Of a stretch of 64,000 bases of DNA, positions 1-10,200 are shown one piece after another; position 1 is the first letter of the stretch; every line of letters starts with the position of its first letter. Origin of the DNA: an uncultured Methanosarcinales archaeon (lineage in GTDB: Archaea; Nanobdellota; Nanobdellia; Woesearchaeales; GW2011-AR15); the NCBI GenBank assembly GCA_964512765.1, contig CAZEKF010000004.1:15739-79738 (forward strand). Reading direction: 5' to 3'. The position numbers were made by a program, and so were the translations under genes. The notes under the pieces are model-generated. The model was given only the letters and a program-made list of their open reading frames with translations. It was not told the DNA's origin and searched no databases.

Positions 1-3
1 AAG

Positions 4-453
4 ATGGAACAACAAAAACCTGAACCTAAAAAAGAAAAACAGGACAAACATAAACAACCTAAACCTGTTAAACCTTCTAAACAATCAAAACAACAACCTC
101 AAGTCCCTGACAATGTTGTTAAGCAATTAGAAGAGATAACTAGAAGGTTAAGATTGTTAGAAGAACGTTATTCTGGGTTAAGAAAAAAGACACAGTTCAC
201 TGAACAAAATATGTTAAAAGATGCAAAGGATTTGTTTGAAGAAATTTCGAGTTTACAAGAAACTATTTCTGAACTAAAAAACGAAATGTCTGAGTTAATA
301 GAAAAATTAGGCAAGTTAAGTGAAGAAGTTAATAACGCAGTCAGTAAAACTGAGTTTAATGTTCTTGCAAAATATATAGATTATTGGCAGCCAATGAATT
401 TCCTTACTAGGAAGGAAGCTGAAGAGCTTATTTCTGAACTGAAAAAAAATTAG
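4..453 (+). CDS. Hypothetical coiled-coil protein with Q/K/P-rich N-terminus
   Basis: 149-aa ORF with heptad pattern (LEEITRRLRLLEERYSGLRKK); lies upstream of a pilin-like gene. Confidence 0.8.
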   Translation: MEQQKPEPKKEKQDKHKQPKPVKPSKQSKQQPQVPDNVVKQLEEITRRLRLLEERYSGLRKKTQFTEQNMLKDAKDLFEEISSLQETISELKNEMSELIEKLGKLSEEVNNAVSKTEFNVLAKYIDYWQPMNFLTRKEAEELISELKKN

Positions 454-494
454 CGAAAGTTATTTATACTTTGAATATCTTATTTTGATTCAAA

Positions 495-1208
495 ATGCCA
501 CAAGGATCGCCTATTAACGAAATTCTACAAATGAGACAGCAAGGTTTGTCAAATAACCAGATAATTCAAAATTTGCAAAGAGAAGGATATTCAAACACAC
601 AAATTTTTGATTCCATGAACCAGGCAGATACAAAAATGGCTGTGGAAGGAATGCAACCTGTTCCTCAAGATCAGGCAACGCCTGGCAAAGACGTTTCTCA
701 AGATGTTTTTACTACAGCACCCGTTGGAGGGCAACCGGCTGTTGAACAACCACAAATGGAACAACAGGTTGTGTCTAACCAAGTTTCGTTTAATCAATCA
801 TCTGGTGACCAATCTTCTTTTAGTCAACCAGAACCGTCAATGAAAATGCCACAATCATCTTTTCAAAATGAACAAGTAAAAGTTGAAGAACTTGTTGAAG
901 CTATTGTTGAAGAGAAATGGGATGAATTGTTGAAAGATGTAAATAAAGTCGTGCAATGGAAGAACAAAGTTGAAGCACGCGTTTCTGAGATAGAGATTAA
1001 ACTTGACCATTTAAAAGAAAGTTATTCAGAGTTGCAGAAAGCAGTTATGGGTAAAGTTAACGAGTATGATAAACATATTATGGAAGTTGGTTCAGATATA
1101 AAAGCAATGGAAAAAGTATTTTCAAAAGTACTTCCTGTATTTACTGAGAATGTTAATGAATTGTCTAATATTACAAAACGTGTAAAAGAGGATGAAAAAA
1201 ATGATTAA
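495..1208 (+). CDS. Hypothetical protein: N-terminal helical motif, Q/P-rich linker, C-terminal coiled coil
   Basis: 237-aa ORF; TATA-like TTTATA about 25 nt before ATG (leaderless layout); overlaps next gene. Confidence 0.8.
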   Translation: MPQGSPINEILQMRQQGLSNNQIIQNLQREGYSNTQIFDSMNQADTKMAVEGMQPVPQDQATPGKDVSQDVFTTAPVGGQPAVEQPQMEQQVVSNQVSFNQSSGDQSSFSQPEPSMKMPQSSFQNEQVKVEELVEAIVEEKWDELLKDVNKVVQWKNKVEARVSEIEIKLDHLKESYSELQKAVMGKVNEYDKHIMEVGSDIKAMEKVFSKVLPVFTENVNELSNITKRVKEDEKND

Positions 1209-1671
1209 AAGGAAAGCACAGGCAGCTGTTGAAACTTTGTTAATTTACGGAGTAGCAATCTTGATTGTGATGCTTGCTATTGGAGCATTGATTGGGTTCG
1301 GTGTTATTGATTTAGGTAAATTGTTACCAGATACGTGCGGTGAAATAGGGACTGCATTTTCATGTGAGAATTACGCTGTTTCTCCTAGTAGTGTTCAGTT
1401 AGAACTAAAAAACATTCTAGGTAAAAATATTGCAAACTTTAGTGTTACTGTGATTGGTGAAGCAGATAATGAAGGACTATGGGGTTGTACAGAGACAGAA
1501 TATAATTCTATATTAGTAAACGGTGTAATAAGTGAAGTAATAGAAATACCTTGTAATGTTCAAGTTCCATCAGGAAAAAAGATACAAGGCGAGATCCAAA
1601 TTAACTTTTACACTGTTGGAAGTAGTATTCAGAGAACAGGTATTGGTAAGTTTAGAGCAACAGTAAGCTAA
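1201..1671 (+). CDS. Class III signal peptide (archaeal type IV pilin-like) protein
   Basis: N-terminus KRKA/QAAVETLLIYG plus hydrophobic helix with E at +5; GAGGA RBS favours ATG at 1201. Confidence 0.8.
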   Translation: MIKRKAQAAVETLLIYGVAILIVMLAIGALIGFGVIDLGKLLPDTCGEIGTAFSCENYAVSPSSVQLELKNILGKNIANFSVTVIGEADNEGLWGCTETEYNSILVNGVISEVIEIPCNVQVPSGKKIQGEIQINFYTVGSSIQRTGIGKFRATVS

Positions 1672-2372
1672 CAACCAAACCTTCTTTTTCTTTTTGAATA
1701 TTGTTCTATACACTGTACAAAATCTTCTTTCTCAAACTCTGGCCACATTTTATCAACAAAAATATATTCAGAATACGCGCTTTGGAATGCTAAAAAGTTA
1801 GAAGTACGTTTTTCACCGCCTGTTCTAATGATTAAGTCAGGCTCTGAATTTAGGTATAAGTTATTTTCAAAAACAGATTCATTAATGTCATTAATATTTA
1901 ACTCACCAGATTTCACTTTTTCAGCGATTTTTTTAGTTGCGTCAATAACTTCTTCACGCCCACCGTACGCCATTGCAAAGTTAATTATGTAACGATCATG
2001 GTCTTTTGTTAGGTCCATTATTTTTTGCATTTTTTCTTGAATTTTCTTAGGAAACATCCAAATCCTGCCAATTATGTTGATTTTTATTTTATTATCATAA
2101 ATTCGTTTATCACTTTTTATCTGGTCAAAGTTCTGGTCAAACACTTCCATAAGATATTCAAACTCATCTTTTGGCCTGTCAAAATTCTGGATAGAAAACG
2201 TGTATACTGTTAGTTCTTTGATTTTATACTCTTCACACCATTCAAGTACCTTTGCAAGCTTTTTCGCGCCCCATTCATGGCCTTTCCAAGGTTTCACCAT
2301 TAATCTTTTTGCAAACCTTCTATTACCATCCATGATTATTCCTAAATGTTTAGGAACATTTTCATTTGCCAT
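1668..2372 (-). CDS. uppS: cis-prenyltransferase (undecaprenyl/polyprenyl diphosphate synthase)
   Basis: Motifs HLGIIMDGNRRFA, FSIQNFDRP, YGGREE, PDLIIRTGGEKRTSNFL. Confidence 0.95.
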   Translation of the reverse strand: MANENVPKHLGIIMDGNRRFAKRLMVKPWKGHEWGAKKLAKVLEWCEEYKIKELTVYTFSIQNFDRPKDEFEYLMEVFDQNFDQIKSDKRIYDNKIKINIIGRIWMFPKKIQEKMQKIMDLTKDHDRYIINFAMAYGGREEVIDATKKIAEKVKSGELNINDINESVFENNLYLNSEPDLIIRTGGEKRTSNFLAFQSAYSEYIFVDKMWPEFEKEDFVQCIEQYSKRKRRFGC

Positions 2373-2411
2373 ATTTATTTTGAGATAAGAGAGAATGTTT
2401 AAAAATTTTTC

Positions 2412-3719
2412 TTAATAGTAGAACATGTCGTCTGTTAAACGATTGTTCATTTCACCAACTAAGTTTTTAGTTATTAATTCTTTAACTTTATTTTTTGGAT
2501 AGTTTGACAATAACCATGCTAATTTAATAAAAGTTGTCACAGGAGTCATATCATTCATATTACCTAGGACACCGATTGCTTGCGCATTTCTTTGGTCTTC
2601 GTACACATTCATGTTCAATCTGCCAAAAATTGTTTGAGGAGCGTTCACAACAATGCATCCACTGTCAATTATTTTTTTAATAGCTTTTTTTATGTTATCA
2701 GATTCTTTTGTCATATTGTCTATTTGACTAATTGGTAAACAAGCCAACCCTGTAGCTTCAATCACAAGACCATCATAATCTTTGTAAAAAAGAAACTGTT
2801 CAGCAAACATGTTAGTATGTTGTTTCATTATACCCACTTTAATTTTTTCATTAAACAATTTTAGGTTGAGTTTTTGGTTAGATTTTTTTCTATAATTTTT
2901 TCTAATTATTTTTATTTTATCTTTTGCATAATTAACACTCGCTATTGGTTTTGCATTAACAGGTTGGAACGCGTCTCTTCTGGAAGTATGAAACTTTCGC
3001 GATTTAAGACCTGGTAAAATCCAACAATTTTCATCATCAGTGTTTTCATGCATACAAATTCCAACTTCAGCGAAATTATTGTTTACAATAAAATAGACAG
3101 CATTTAACAGATTAAGATATGCGTCACTGCTTCCTCTATCAGAACTACGTTGTGCACCGACTATCAAGACAGGTTTTGGTAGATCTTCCAAGATAAAGGA
3201 TAATGCAGATGCAGTATAATGTAAAGTATCAGTACCATGTGTTATAATAATACCTTCTGAACCTGCTTTAATCTCTTTTTCGATTTCTTTAGCTAATAAA
3301 TTATAGTGGCTAAACCGCATATCTTGAGACCACATGTTTTTAACAAGCCTACTTCGAATATTAACAATTTTTCTTAGCTCAGGAAACATTGACAATATTT
3401 CTTCTGGAGTGAAGTTAGAACCAACACCGCCTGTTACGTAGTCAATTTTACTTGCAATCGTGCCGCCTGTATGTAATATAGAAAGAGTTGGTAAATTTTT
3501 CTTAACAGAAAGTTTCTTTTCTTTTCGATTGGTTTTTTTGTATTTCTTTATTAGATCAATTTTTTTAATTTTTTTCTTGTCAATACCTATATTGTAACCA
3601 TTTTTCAACTTTAAAACTAACATGCCTTGGCCTGTTAATTCTAATGATGGCATTAAAACTCCTTCATAAGAATCATTTTTAGTAATTACTTTGATTGTAT
3701 CTCCAGCATTATGAACCAT
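2412..3719 (-). CDS. gatD: Glu-tRNA(Gln) amidotransferase subunit D
   Basis: N-terminal LKLKNGYNIG domain, asparaginase motifs TGGTIAS and HGTDT, GAQRSSDRGSSD, HTSRRDAF. Confidence 0.95.
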   Translation of the reverse strand: MVHNAGDTIKVITKNDSYEGVLMPSLELTGQGMLVLKLKNGYNIGIDKKKIKKIDLIKKYKKTNRKEKKLSVKKNLPTLSILHTGGTIASKIDYVTGGVGSNFTPEEILSMFPELRKIVNIRSRLVKNMWSQDMRFSHYNLLAKEIEKEIKAGSEGIIITHGTDTLHYTASALSFILEDLPKPVLIVGAQRSSDRGSSDAYLNLLNAVYFIVNNNFAEVGICMHENTDDENCWILPGLKSRKFHTSRRDAFQPVNAKPIASVNYAKDKIKIIRKNYRKKSNQKLNLKLFNEKIKVGIMKQHTNMFAEQFLFYKDYDGLVIEATGLACLPISQIDNMTKESDNIKKAIKKIIDSGCIVVNAPQTIFGRLNMNVYEDQRNAQAIGVLGNMNDMTPVTTFIKLAWLLSNYPKNKVKELITKNLVGEMNNRLTDDMFYY

Positions 3720-3809
3720 ACCAAAAAATAAAGTTGTAGTGGTTTATTAAATTTATTGCTTTGATTTTCCAAAACCTATATAAACCATATTGCCTCTTTT
3801 TTGTAATTA

Positions 3810-4325
3810 ATGAAAAAGAGGTCGCAGATTTCTGTAGAGTTTGTTATGATAATTGCTATTGGTCTTATTATTATTTTGCCAGGAATTTATTTGTTTAGAA
3901 ATTATGTGTTTGAATCAAACGACGCATTATTAAAATCAAGAGTAACAGAAATTTCTACACAAATATTGTCGAAAGCCAGGGTAATGTATTATTACGGCCC
4001 ACCTTCTAAAACAACGTATGAAATAGAAATGCCACCACAAGTTAATAATATGTATCTTTTATCAGTTCCTGATAACAATGAATACTATCTTGTATTCAAT
4101 ATTTTAGCTTCTACAGGACCAGAAGATCTTTATTATGAATCAGAAATACCGTTGAAAGCACAGGAAAACATTACATGTAACATAGCATGTCAAGGGAACT
4201 GTGATTGTTTTCCAGCAAGATATTTTTCAAAAGGCGTTAAAAATTATAAAATTGAAGCAACACAAAATTGTAATTTGGAAGAATATTGTATTATCATTGG
4301 AGAAATATCTCCTGAACTAGTTTAA
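3810..4325 (+). CDS. Class III signal peptide pilin-like protein
   Basis: MKKRS/QISVEFVMIIAIG prepilin motif; C-terminal cysteines. Confidence 0.8.
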   Translation: MKKRSQISVEFVMIIAIGLIIILPGIYLFRNYVFESNDALLKSRVTEISTQILSKARVMYYYGPPSKTTYEIEMPPQVNNMYLLSVPDNNEYYLVFNILASTGPEDLYYESEIPLKAQENITCNIACQGNCDCFPARYFSKGVKNYKIEATQNCNLEEYCIIIGEISPELV

Positions 4326-4336
4326 GGTGTGATTAT

Positions 4337-4888
4337 TTGAAAAAATCTCAGGTTATAAGCATGGATTTTATCATGACTTTTATGGTTTACATGTTTGTTT
4401 TATCAATTTTTTTCATTGGCTTGAAAAGTAATTATTCAGATTCGTCAAATTTAAACATTAACGCAGAATTATTGTTTAACAGACTTAGTAACGTATATGA
4501 CCCAGACTACAGTTTTTTATCAGCATCAAAAGTTAATGTAGCAAGATTCGATGTTTTATTAAATAATTATGATCCAAATAAAGGTTATGAACTTTTTTTT
4601 AAAGATTTTGAAACCACAACGTATAGCAAAATTGATTATTGTGTTTATCTTGAAAATAATACAGAGATAATTAAAAATTTTGCAGCATGGTCTGAGCATA
4701 GAACAATAGAAGAGTATTCAGTTTTTATTAATAGTGCCAAATGTGGATCTAACAAGAATCTTGTATATCCAGAAGCAGTTGTTAGTTGTCAAGATCCAAG
4801 ATCAGATTCATTAATACTATCAAAACCTGTGTTATTTGGTCAGGACATAATAAAACTTAGCGTGGTTATATGCGCAGAAAAAAAATGA
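4337..4888 (+). CDS. Class III signal peptide pilin-like protein
   Basis: TTG start after AGGTG RBS; KKS/QVISMDF plus hydrophobic helix. Confidence 0.75.
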   Translation: MKKSQVISMDFIMTFMVYMFVLSIFFIGLKSNYSDSSNLNINAELLFNRLSNVYDPDYSFLSASKVNVARFDVLLNNYDPNKGYELFFKDFETTTYSKIDYCVYLENNTEIIKNFAAWSEHRTIEEYSVFINSAKCGSNKNLVYPEAVVSCQDPRSDSLILSKPVLFGQDIIKLSVVICAEKK

Positions 4889-5412
4889 AGAAAAAAGCAT
4901 ATATTTTTTTAATGGACGGAATCTTCGCAGTGGTTATTCTTATAATAGGTTTTATTATCATTTCTTCGAATAAACCAGGGATGCAGACAACAGCATCGCT
5001 GGAACAGGTGTCTGAGAACTTAGTGGATATATTTTCAACAGTAAAAATTAATGATTTATGCACAAATTGTCATTGTTCAAATAAAAAGCTTACCGAGTAC
5101 TGTAACCAAGGTCATATAAGAAATAAGGATCAAACAATATTCGATTATATTGGCGAGTTATATTATATTAATAATAAGGAAAAAGCAAGAGACATGTTTC
5201 AAAACATTACAGAAGATTTGTATAGGAAAGATTTGTTTGGTGTAGAACTCAAAATTGATGATGAAATTGTTTTCTCTACAAATAAAGATGGTGTAACGAA
5301 AAACCTCATTTCACGAAAAAAATTAATTTTTGGGTTTTATGAGGTATCAAGTACAGGCATTATAAATTTTTGGGGGCCATTTAAAGTAGAGGTAAATATG
5401 TGGGAAAAATGA
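4885..5412 (+). CDS. Minor pilin-like protein
   Basis: MKKKA/YIFLMDG plus hydrophobic helix; ATGA overlap with upstream stop. Confidence 0.7.
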   Translation: MKKKAYIFLMDGIFAVVILIIGFIIISSNKPGMQTTASLEQVSENLVDIFSTVKINDLCTNCHCSNKKLTEYCNQGHIRNKDQTIFDYIGELYYINNKEKARDMFQNITEDLYRKDLFGVELKIDDEIVFSTNKDGVTKNLISRKKLIFGFYEVSSTGIINFWGPFKVEVNMWEK

Positions 5413-6224
5413 AAAATTTAAAGAAAATGAAGAAAGGCATTTTTTTTTCAGTGATAAGTGTTTTTATAATCATACTTTTCGTTGCAATCACAGAACTTTC
5501 TACAAATTTCCAGCTTGAACAATTCGAACTTGAAACTACACGGACTCGACTTAAACTATTAAACTCATTAGTACGTGATATGGAAGACACATATTTTGAA
5601 AAAATGATTTATATTTCAACAAAAAACGCTTTGATTGGTTTGTCAAAATATTACTCAGAAACAAACTTTGACCAAAATAGGTTACAAAAGAAGTTAGGAT
5701 TTGTGTTAGATGATGTAATTTATAATAATACCTTAATTGATAAGAACGGTAATGAAATAGATCTATCGTTATATGTTGATCCTGATTATACGATCTTTGG
5801 TGTTATTGGAGATATAAAAGAAGTGTTTGATAGCTTAGGTTTGGAAGTTAGTGAGTTCACGGTTAGTATAGACGAAGACGAGATAGTACAAGTAGATCCT
5901 TGGACAATTGAAGTTACTGGTCAGCTTGTTTATAATTTTAAAGATAAGTTTAACACTGTTTCATGGAAAGGTAGAACAACTAAAAAGGTTAATGTTAGTG
6001 TTATAGGTATAACGTCTTTTGATTATGAATTATCAGAAAAGTCTAACACAGGCATAATTACCAGTTCATGGGTCAAGGATGAAGGTCCGTATTATACTGA
6101 ACCATCGGTAGTAGATAAGTTAAGTTTACCGTCACCTTCACCAACTCAAGGTAAAGGTATATGTTCTCCGAACTTTAATGTTAATGGTCGTTCATGTAGT
6201 GACGACCTTGCGAGTGATCATTAA
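5409..6224 (+). CDS. Minor pilin-like protein
   Basis: KKG/IFFSVIS plus hydrophobic helix; overlaps upstream stop; exact start (5409 or 5427) uncertain. Confidence 0.7.
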   Translation: MKNLKKMKKGIFFSVISVFIIILFVAITELSTNFQLEQFELETTRTRLKLLNSLVRDMEDTYFEKMIYISTKNALIGLSKYYSETNFDQNRLQKKLGFVLDDVIYNNTLIDKNGNEIDLSLYVDPDYTIFGVIGDIKEVFDSLGLEVSEFTVSIDEDEIVQVDPWTIEVTGQLVYNFKDKFNTVSWKGRTTKKVNVSVIGITSFDYELSEKSNTGIITSSWVKDEGPYYTEPSVVDKLSLPSPSPTQGKGICSPNFNVNGRSCSDDLASDH

Positions 6225-6225
6225 A

Positions 6226-7143
6226 ATGAAAAAACACGATTTATCAAGAAAAGCGCAAATATCGTTTGAGTTCATTATAATATTTAGTTTAGTATTTACT
6301 GCATTATTAGGGTTTATTTATATTATCAATGAAAGAATGTCTGAACTTTCAGAAAAACAAGAACAGTTAGTAATGAAAAGTCTTGCAAATAATATATTTA
6401 ACGAAGTTGTTTTAGCATCATCGGTTAATAATAATTACATTCGTAACTTTGATGTTCCTGTAAAGTTACTCGGTAGAGATTATAAAATGTTTATTGATAA
6501 CAATGAACTTTCTATTCAAATAATAGACGGTCCAGATTATTTCGCACCGTTTCCTGTTGAAGTTAAAGGAACATTTATTGAAAATATTGATGTTAATACT
6601 ACAAGACATTGTATAACAAAAAATAAAGTTGACGGTATTAGAATTTCAAAAAACCAAGCAAGTTTAGAAACAGAGGTTTTGGAAGTGACCAAAGGTGACG
6701 AGTTTATTGTGTATGTCAGCCTTTTCTGTATAGTTGATTTAAAGAGTATAAGAGTTACAATTAAATATGACCCTGTACAGTTAGAAATAATAAAACAAGA
6801 GTCAAAACCTGTTGTTACTTCTGACCCAGAGTTTGAAAATAGAGTTCCACTTTTTGACCATTATAGCTTAATTTATGACTATTCAAACACTGGCGGAGAA
6901 TATATTAACGACGTTACAGGAAGGTACACGTATGGATTTTTAGGAAGAGAGTGTAAATCTGGCTATGGTGACGTGATTAAACTCGTTTTCAAAGTGAAAG
7001 ATACAGCAGATATTGGAATAACGTCAATCGAATTTGATGATACAATGGATGAAACTATTAGAATGCTAGACTGTGCAACTAACCAGTTCACAAAAGAAGG
7101 ATTGCCAGATTCAAAGAACAACGTTAATATTAATATAGTTTAA
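6226..7143 (+). CDS. Class III signal peptide pilin-like protein with C-terminal cohesin-like domain
   Basis: RKA/QISFEFIII prepilin motif; C-terminal EVTKGDEFIVYVSL...IKYDPVQLEII...GDVIKLVFKVK...SIEF pattern resembles cohesin. Confidence 0.75.
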   Translation: MKKHDLSRKAQISFEFIIIFSLVFTALLGFIYIINERMSELSEKQEQLVMKSLANNIFNEVVLASSVNNNYIRNFDVPVKLLGRDYKMFIDNNELSIQIIDGPDYFAPFPVEVKGTFIENIDVNTTRHCITKNKVDGIRISKNQASLETEVLEVTKGDEFIVYVSLFCIVDLKSIRVTIKYDPVQLEIIKQESKPVVTSDPEFENRVPLFDHYSLIYDYSNTGGEYINDVTGRYTYGFLGRECKSGYGDVIKLVFKVKDTADIGITSIEFDDTMDETIRMLDCATNQFTKEGLPDSKNNVNINIV

Positions 7144-7203
7144 AGACGAAAGGTTTATATAGGTTGAAACAGGTTTGAATTAAATAGTTAAGAGGGTATG
7201 TAA

Positions 7204-10200
7204 ATGAAAAAGATTGATTTTATTGTTCTAATATTAGTTGTTTCAATGTTTATAGTGATCGACCAGGATGTTGATGCAGGTATATGTTGTTGTAGTGCAT
7301 CAGAATGTGATGGGAGTGCTATTGACTATTATGATCCAGGAAGCAGTGTACCAGGGAATAAAATTTATGACGATGCAGGAACTGGAGCAAGATACTATTT
7401 TGAACCATCTGACGAAGAAGAGGATGGAGGTGGAGGCGGTGGTTATGTTTGTTCACCGAGTTGTTCAGGTAATGAATGTGGTGATAATGGTTGTGGTGGA
7501 AGTTGTGGAAGCTGCGATGGTTTAGCATTCACAACCGGTTGTGCAGGTAAAGTATGCGAGTTTCAGGATACTAGCTTAACTGTAGAAGTAGAACCAATAC
7601 CTTGTATTTCAGAATCAAAAAGAGAATTTACAGTTAGAGGTGTTAATAATTACTGTGGTGATCTCGAGATTCTTATTTATTATCCAGAAAGCACTGAATC
7701 TCATCCTATTAGTACAGACACATTTGGTTCATATAATTATGAACACACGTTTGTTATTCCAGACGATGTTGTATTGGCACCTGAGCCAACTATTAAAATT
7801 GAAGTTAAAGGAGACCGTATGTCTAGAAGAGATCCAAAAGATGAAGGTAATTATGATTGTGAAGAAACAATAGACTCATTAAATCTTAACTATAAGAACT
7901 TCTATTACTGTCCAGATTTTAGTGAAGGAGTAACATCTTCTGAATTTGATTATTATGACAAAGAAGAGTATTATAATTTTTATGACAATGATAAGACGTA
8001 TAATTGGGATGAGGACTGTGTAAGTGATGAATCTGTATCATTTTGTTCACCTAACCCAACAGATTGTGTTGATGAAAATGGAGATACGTTTAGTTTTAAA
8101 ACAGCACACGACGCGGATAGTGACGATGAAATTGAAGTATGTCATGCAATAGATAACATTCAAGGAGGTTGGCTTGACCCGGATGTTAATGCAGATGTTT
8201 GTAGTTATGTCTCTGGCGGTGATTGGTTTGATTGCGATCCTTTAATGGGAGGGTGCGATCCTGACAAAGATACGTTTGCACCTGAAGTTGCAGGTTTTTG
8301 TTGCGGTGACGAAAATGATGAAAAAGCTATTTCTACCAAAATTTTGAAAAATTGGGACAATGAGTATGTTAAGAATAACGACGGGTCAGTAAAAGAATAT
8401 ACTGCGTGTTGCGATCCACAAGATAGCTGTGTTGATGAGACAGGCATTTGCAGAGAAGAAAATTATGAATATTGTTTAGCAGTTGGTGGTGTGAAAGGAG
8501 TATGTACTAATACAGGGTCTGGTTATGATTGGGTATTGTACAATGAACCTACTTGTGTAAGCGGTTGTGAAAAATGTGACAATAATCAAGATGCAAAAGT
8601 TGATGACATTGACTTGACAAACATTGAACTTAACTATGAAAGTACAGGTGTATCTTACAACGCAGTTTATGATGTTAACGAAGATAATGTTGTTGATGAA
8701 GCAGACAGAGAATTTTGTCATGATAACTTTTTTGAACAAACCTGTGCATATTGCGGAGATAATTTACTTCAACCAACGTACGAAAGTTGTGACGTTGTAG
8801 ATAGTGTAATTGAATACGCTTGTCCTGAAGATTATTGTTCAGTAGAAAATAATGCGTATTATGAAAGACAAGATACTTGCGATGATTTAATTTGTGAGTG
8901 TTCTTATGAATTTAAAGGATGTGACAAAACTGAATGTCCAGGGACATGTGAAGTAGATGACGATTGTGATTCTGGTTATTTGTGTAATCTTGACACGTGT
9001 AGTTGTTTAATAATAGGTTGTCCTATGGGAACTTCATTGTGCGATGACGGTACATGTAAACCCGACTGTAACTTTGTTGGTTGTGATGGTAGCCCGGATG
9101 ACGTATGTTCACCTGGCGAAGGATGCGCATGTATAGACTGTCTAGGCCAGCAAAGTATTTGTAATGATGGAGGAGTATGCGGCCCAGACGGATTATGCGG
9201 TTGTCCTGAAGGTACTGCATTATGTAACGATGGTACTTGTAGCTCAGATTGTGTTATAACTGATGATGATTTTGCTGCTTGTTTACTTGATGATAATTTA
9301 GTAACTCCTTTTATTAAAAATCCAAGCTTTGAAACAGATGAAGCATGGAATTTCAGAGATTTTGAAAGAATAACGGAAAAATCTAAAACAGGATCTTATT
9401 CAGTAAAATCTGTAGATTACTTGGGAGCTGCAGAACAACAAGAAATAAACGTGCAACCTTTAACAAAATATCAATTAAGTGGTTACATATTTAACGAATT
9501 AGAAAAAGGTAACGCATACCTTGATTTAAAGGACATACCTGAAGAGTGTCAAGCTATATCAACAAAAAAAGACCAATGGGAATTAGTGTCTTGTGAATTT
9601 ACAACATCGTTAAATACAAATAGTGTAGTTATTAGATTGGTAACTGACCATACACAGGAAGAAGACCCAGTAGGTGTAGCATATTTTGATGATATTGAAT
9701 TATTACCTTTTGAAAGTGTTGTTGTTAAGGATTATTCAGGCGAAGGTAATGATGGAACATTGTATGGACCTACTCTTGTGGATGGTAAGTATGGTAAGGC
9801 TTATGAATTTGATGGGGTTAATGATTACATAATAACGCCAAACTCAGCAGTTCTAGAAGATATTTCAGAAGGTTCTTATACTTATGAAGCATGGTATTAT
9901 CCAAAAGAAATCCCTCCGGATATTCAATATAATAATTATCATTTTATCTTATGTAAACAAGGAGAACACAATCCTTTGCTATATCATAGAGAAACACATT
10001 TTAATTTTCATATGTGGAATGATAATCACCAATCTTTTGGAATTAATTCAGGTGCATCTAATCTGGTTAATAACTGGTATCATGTTGTAGGAACATTTGA
10101 TATTAATTCTAAGGAAGTAAATCTTTATGTAAATGGTATTCATCAAGGAACTGAAATCTTTACAGGAACACCAAAAGATCATGGACAAAATCCAATTAAG

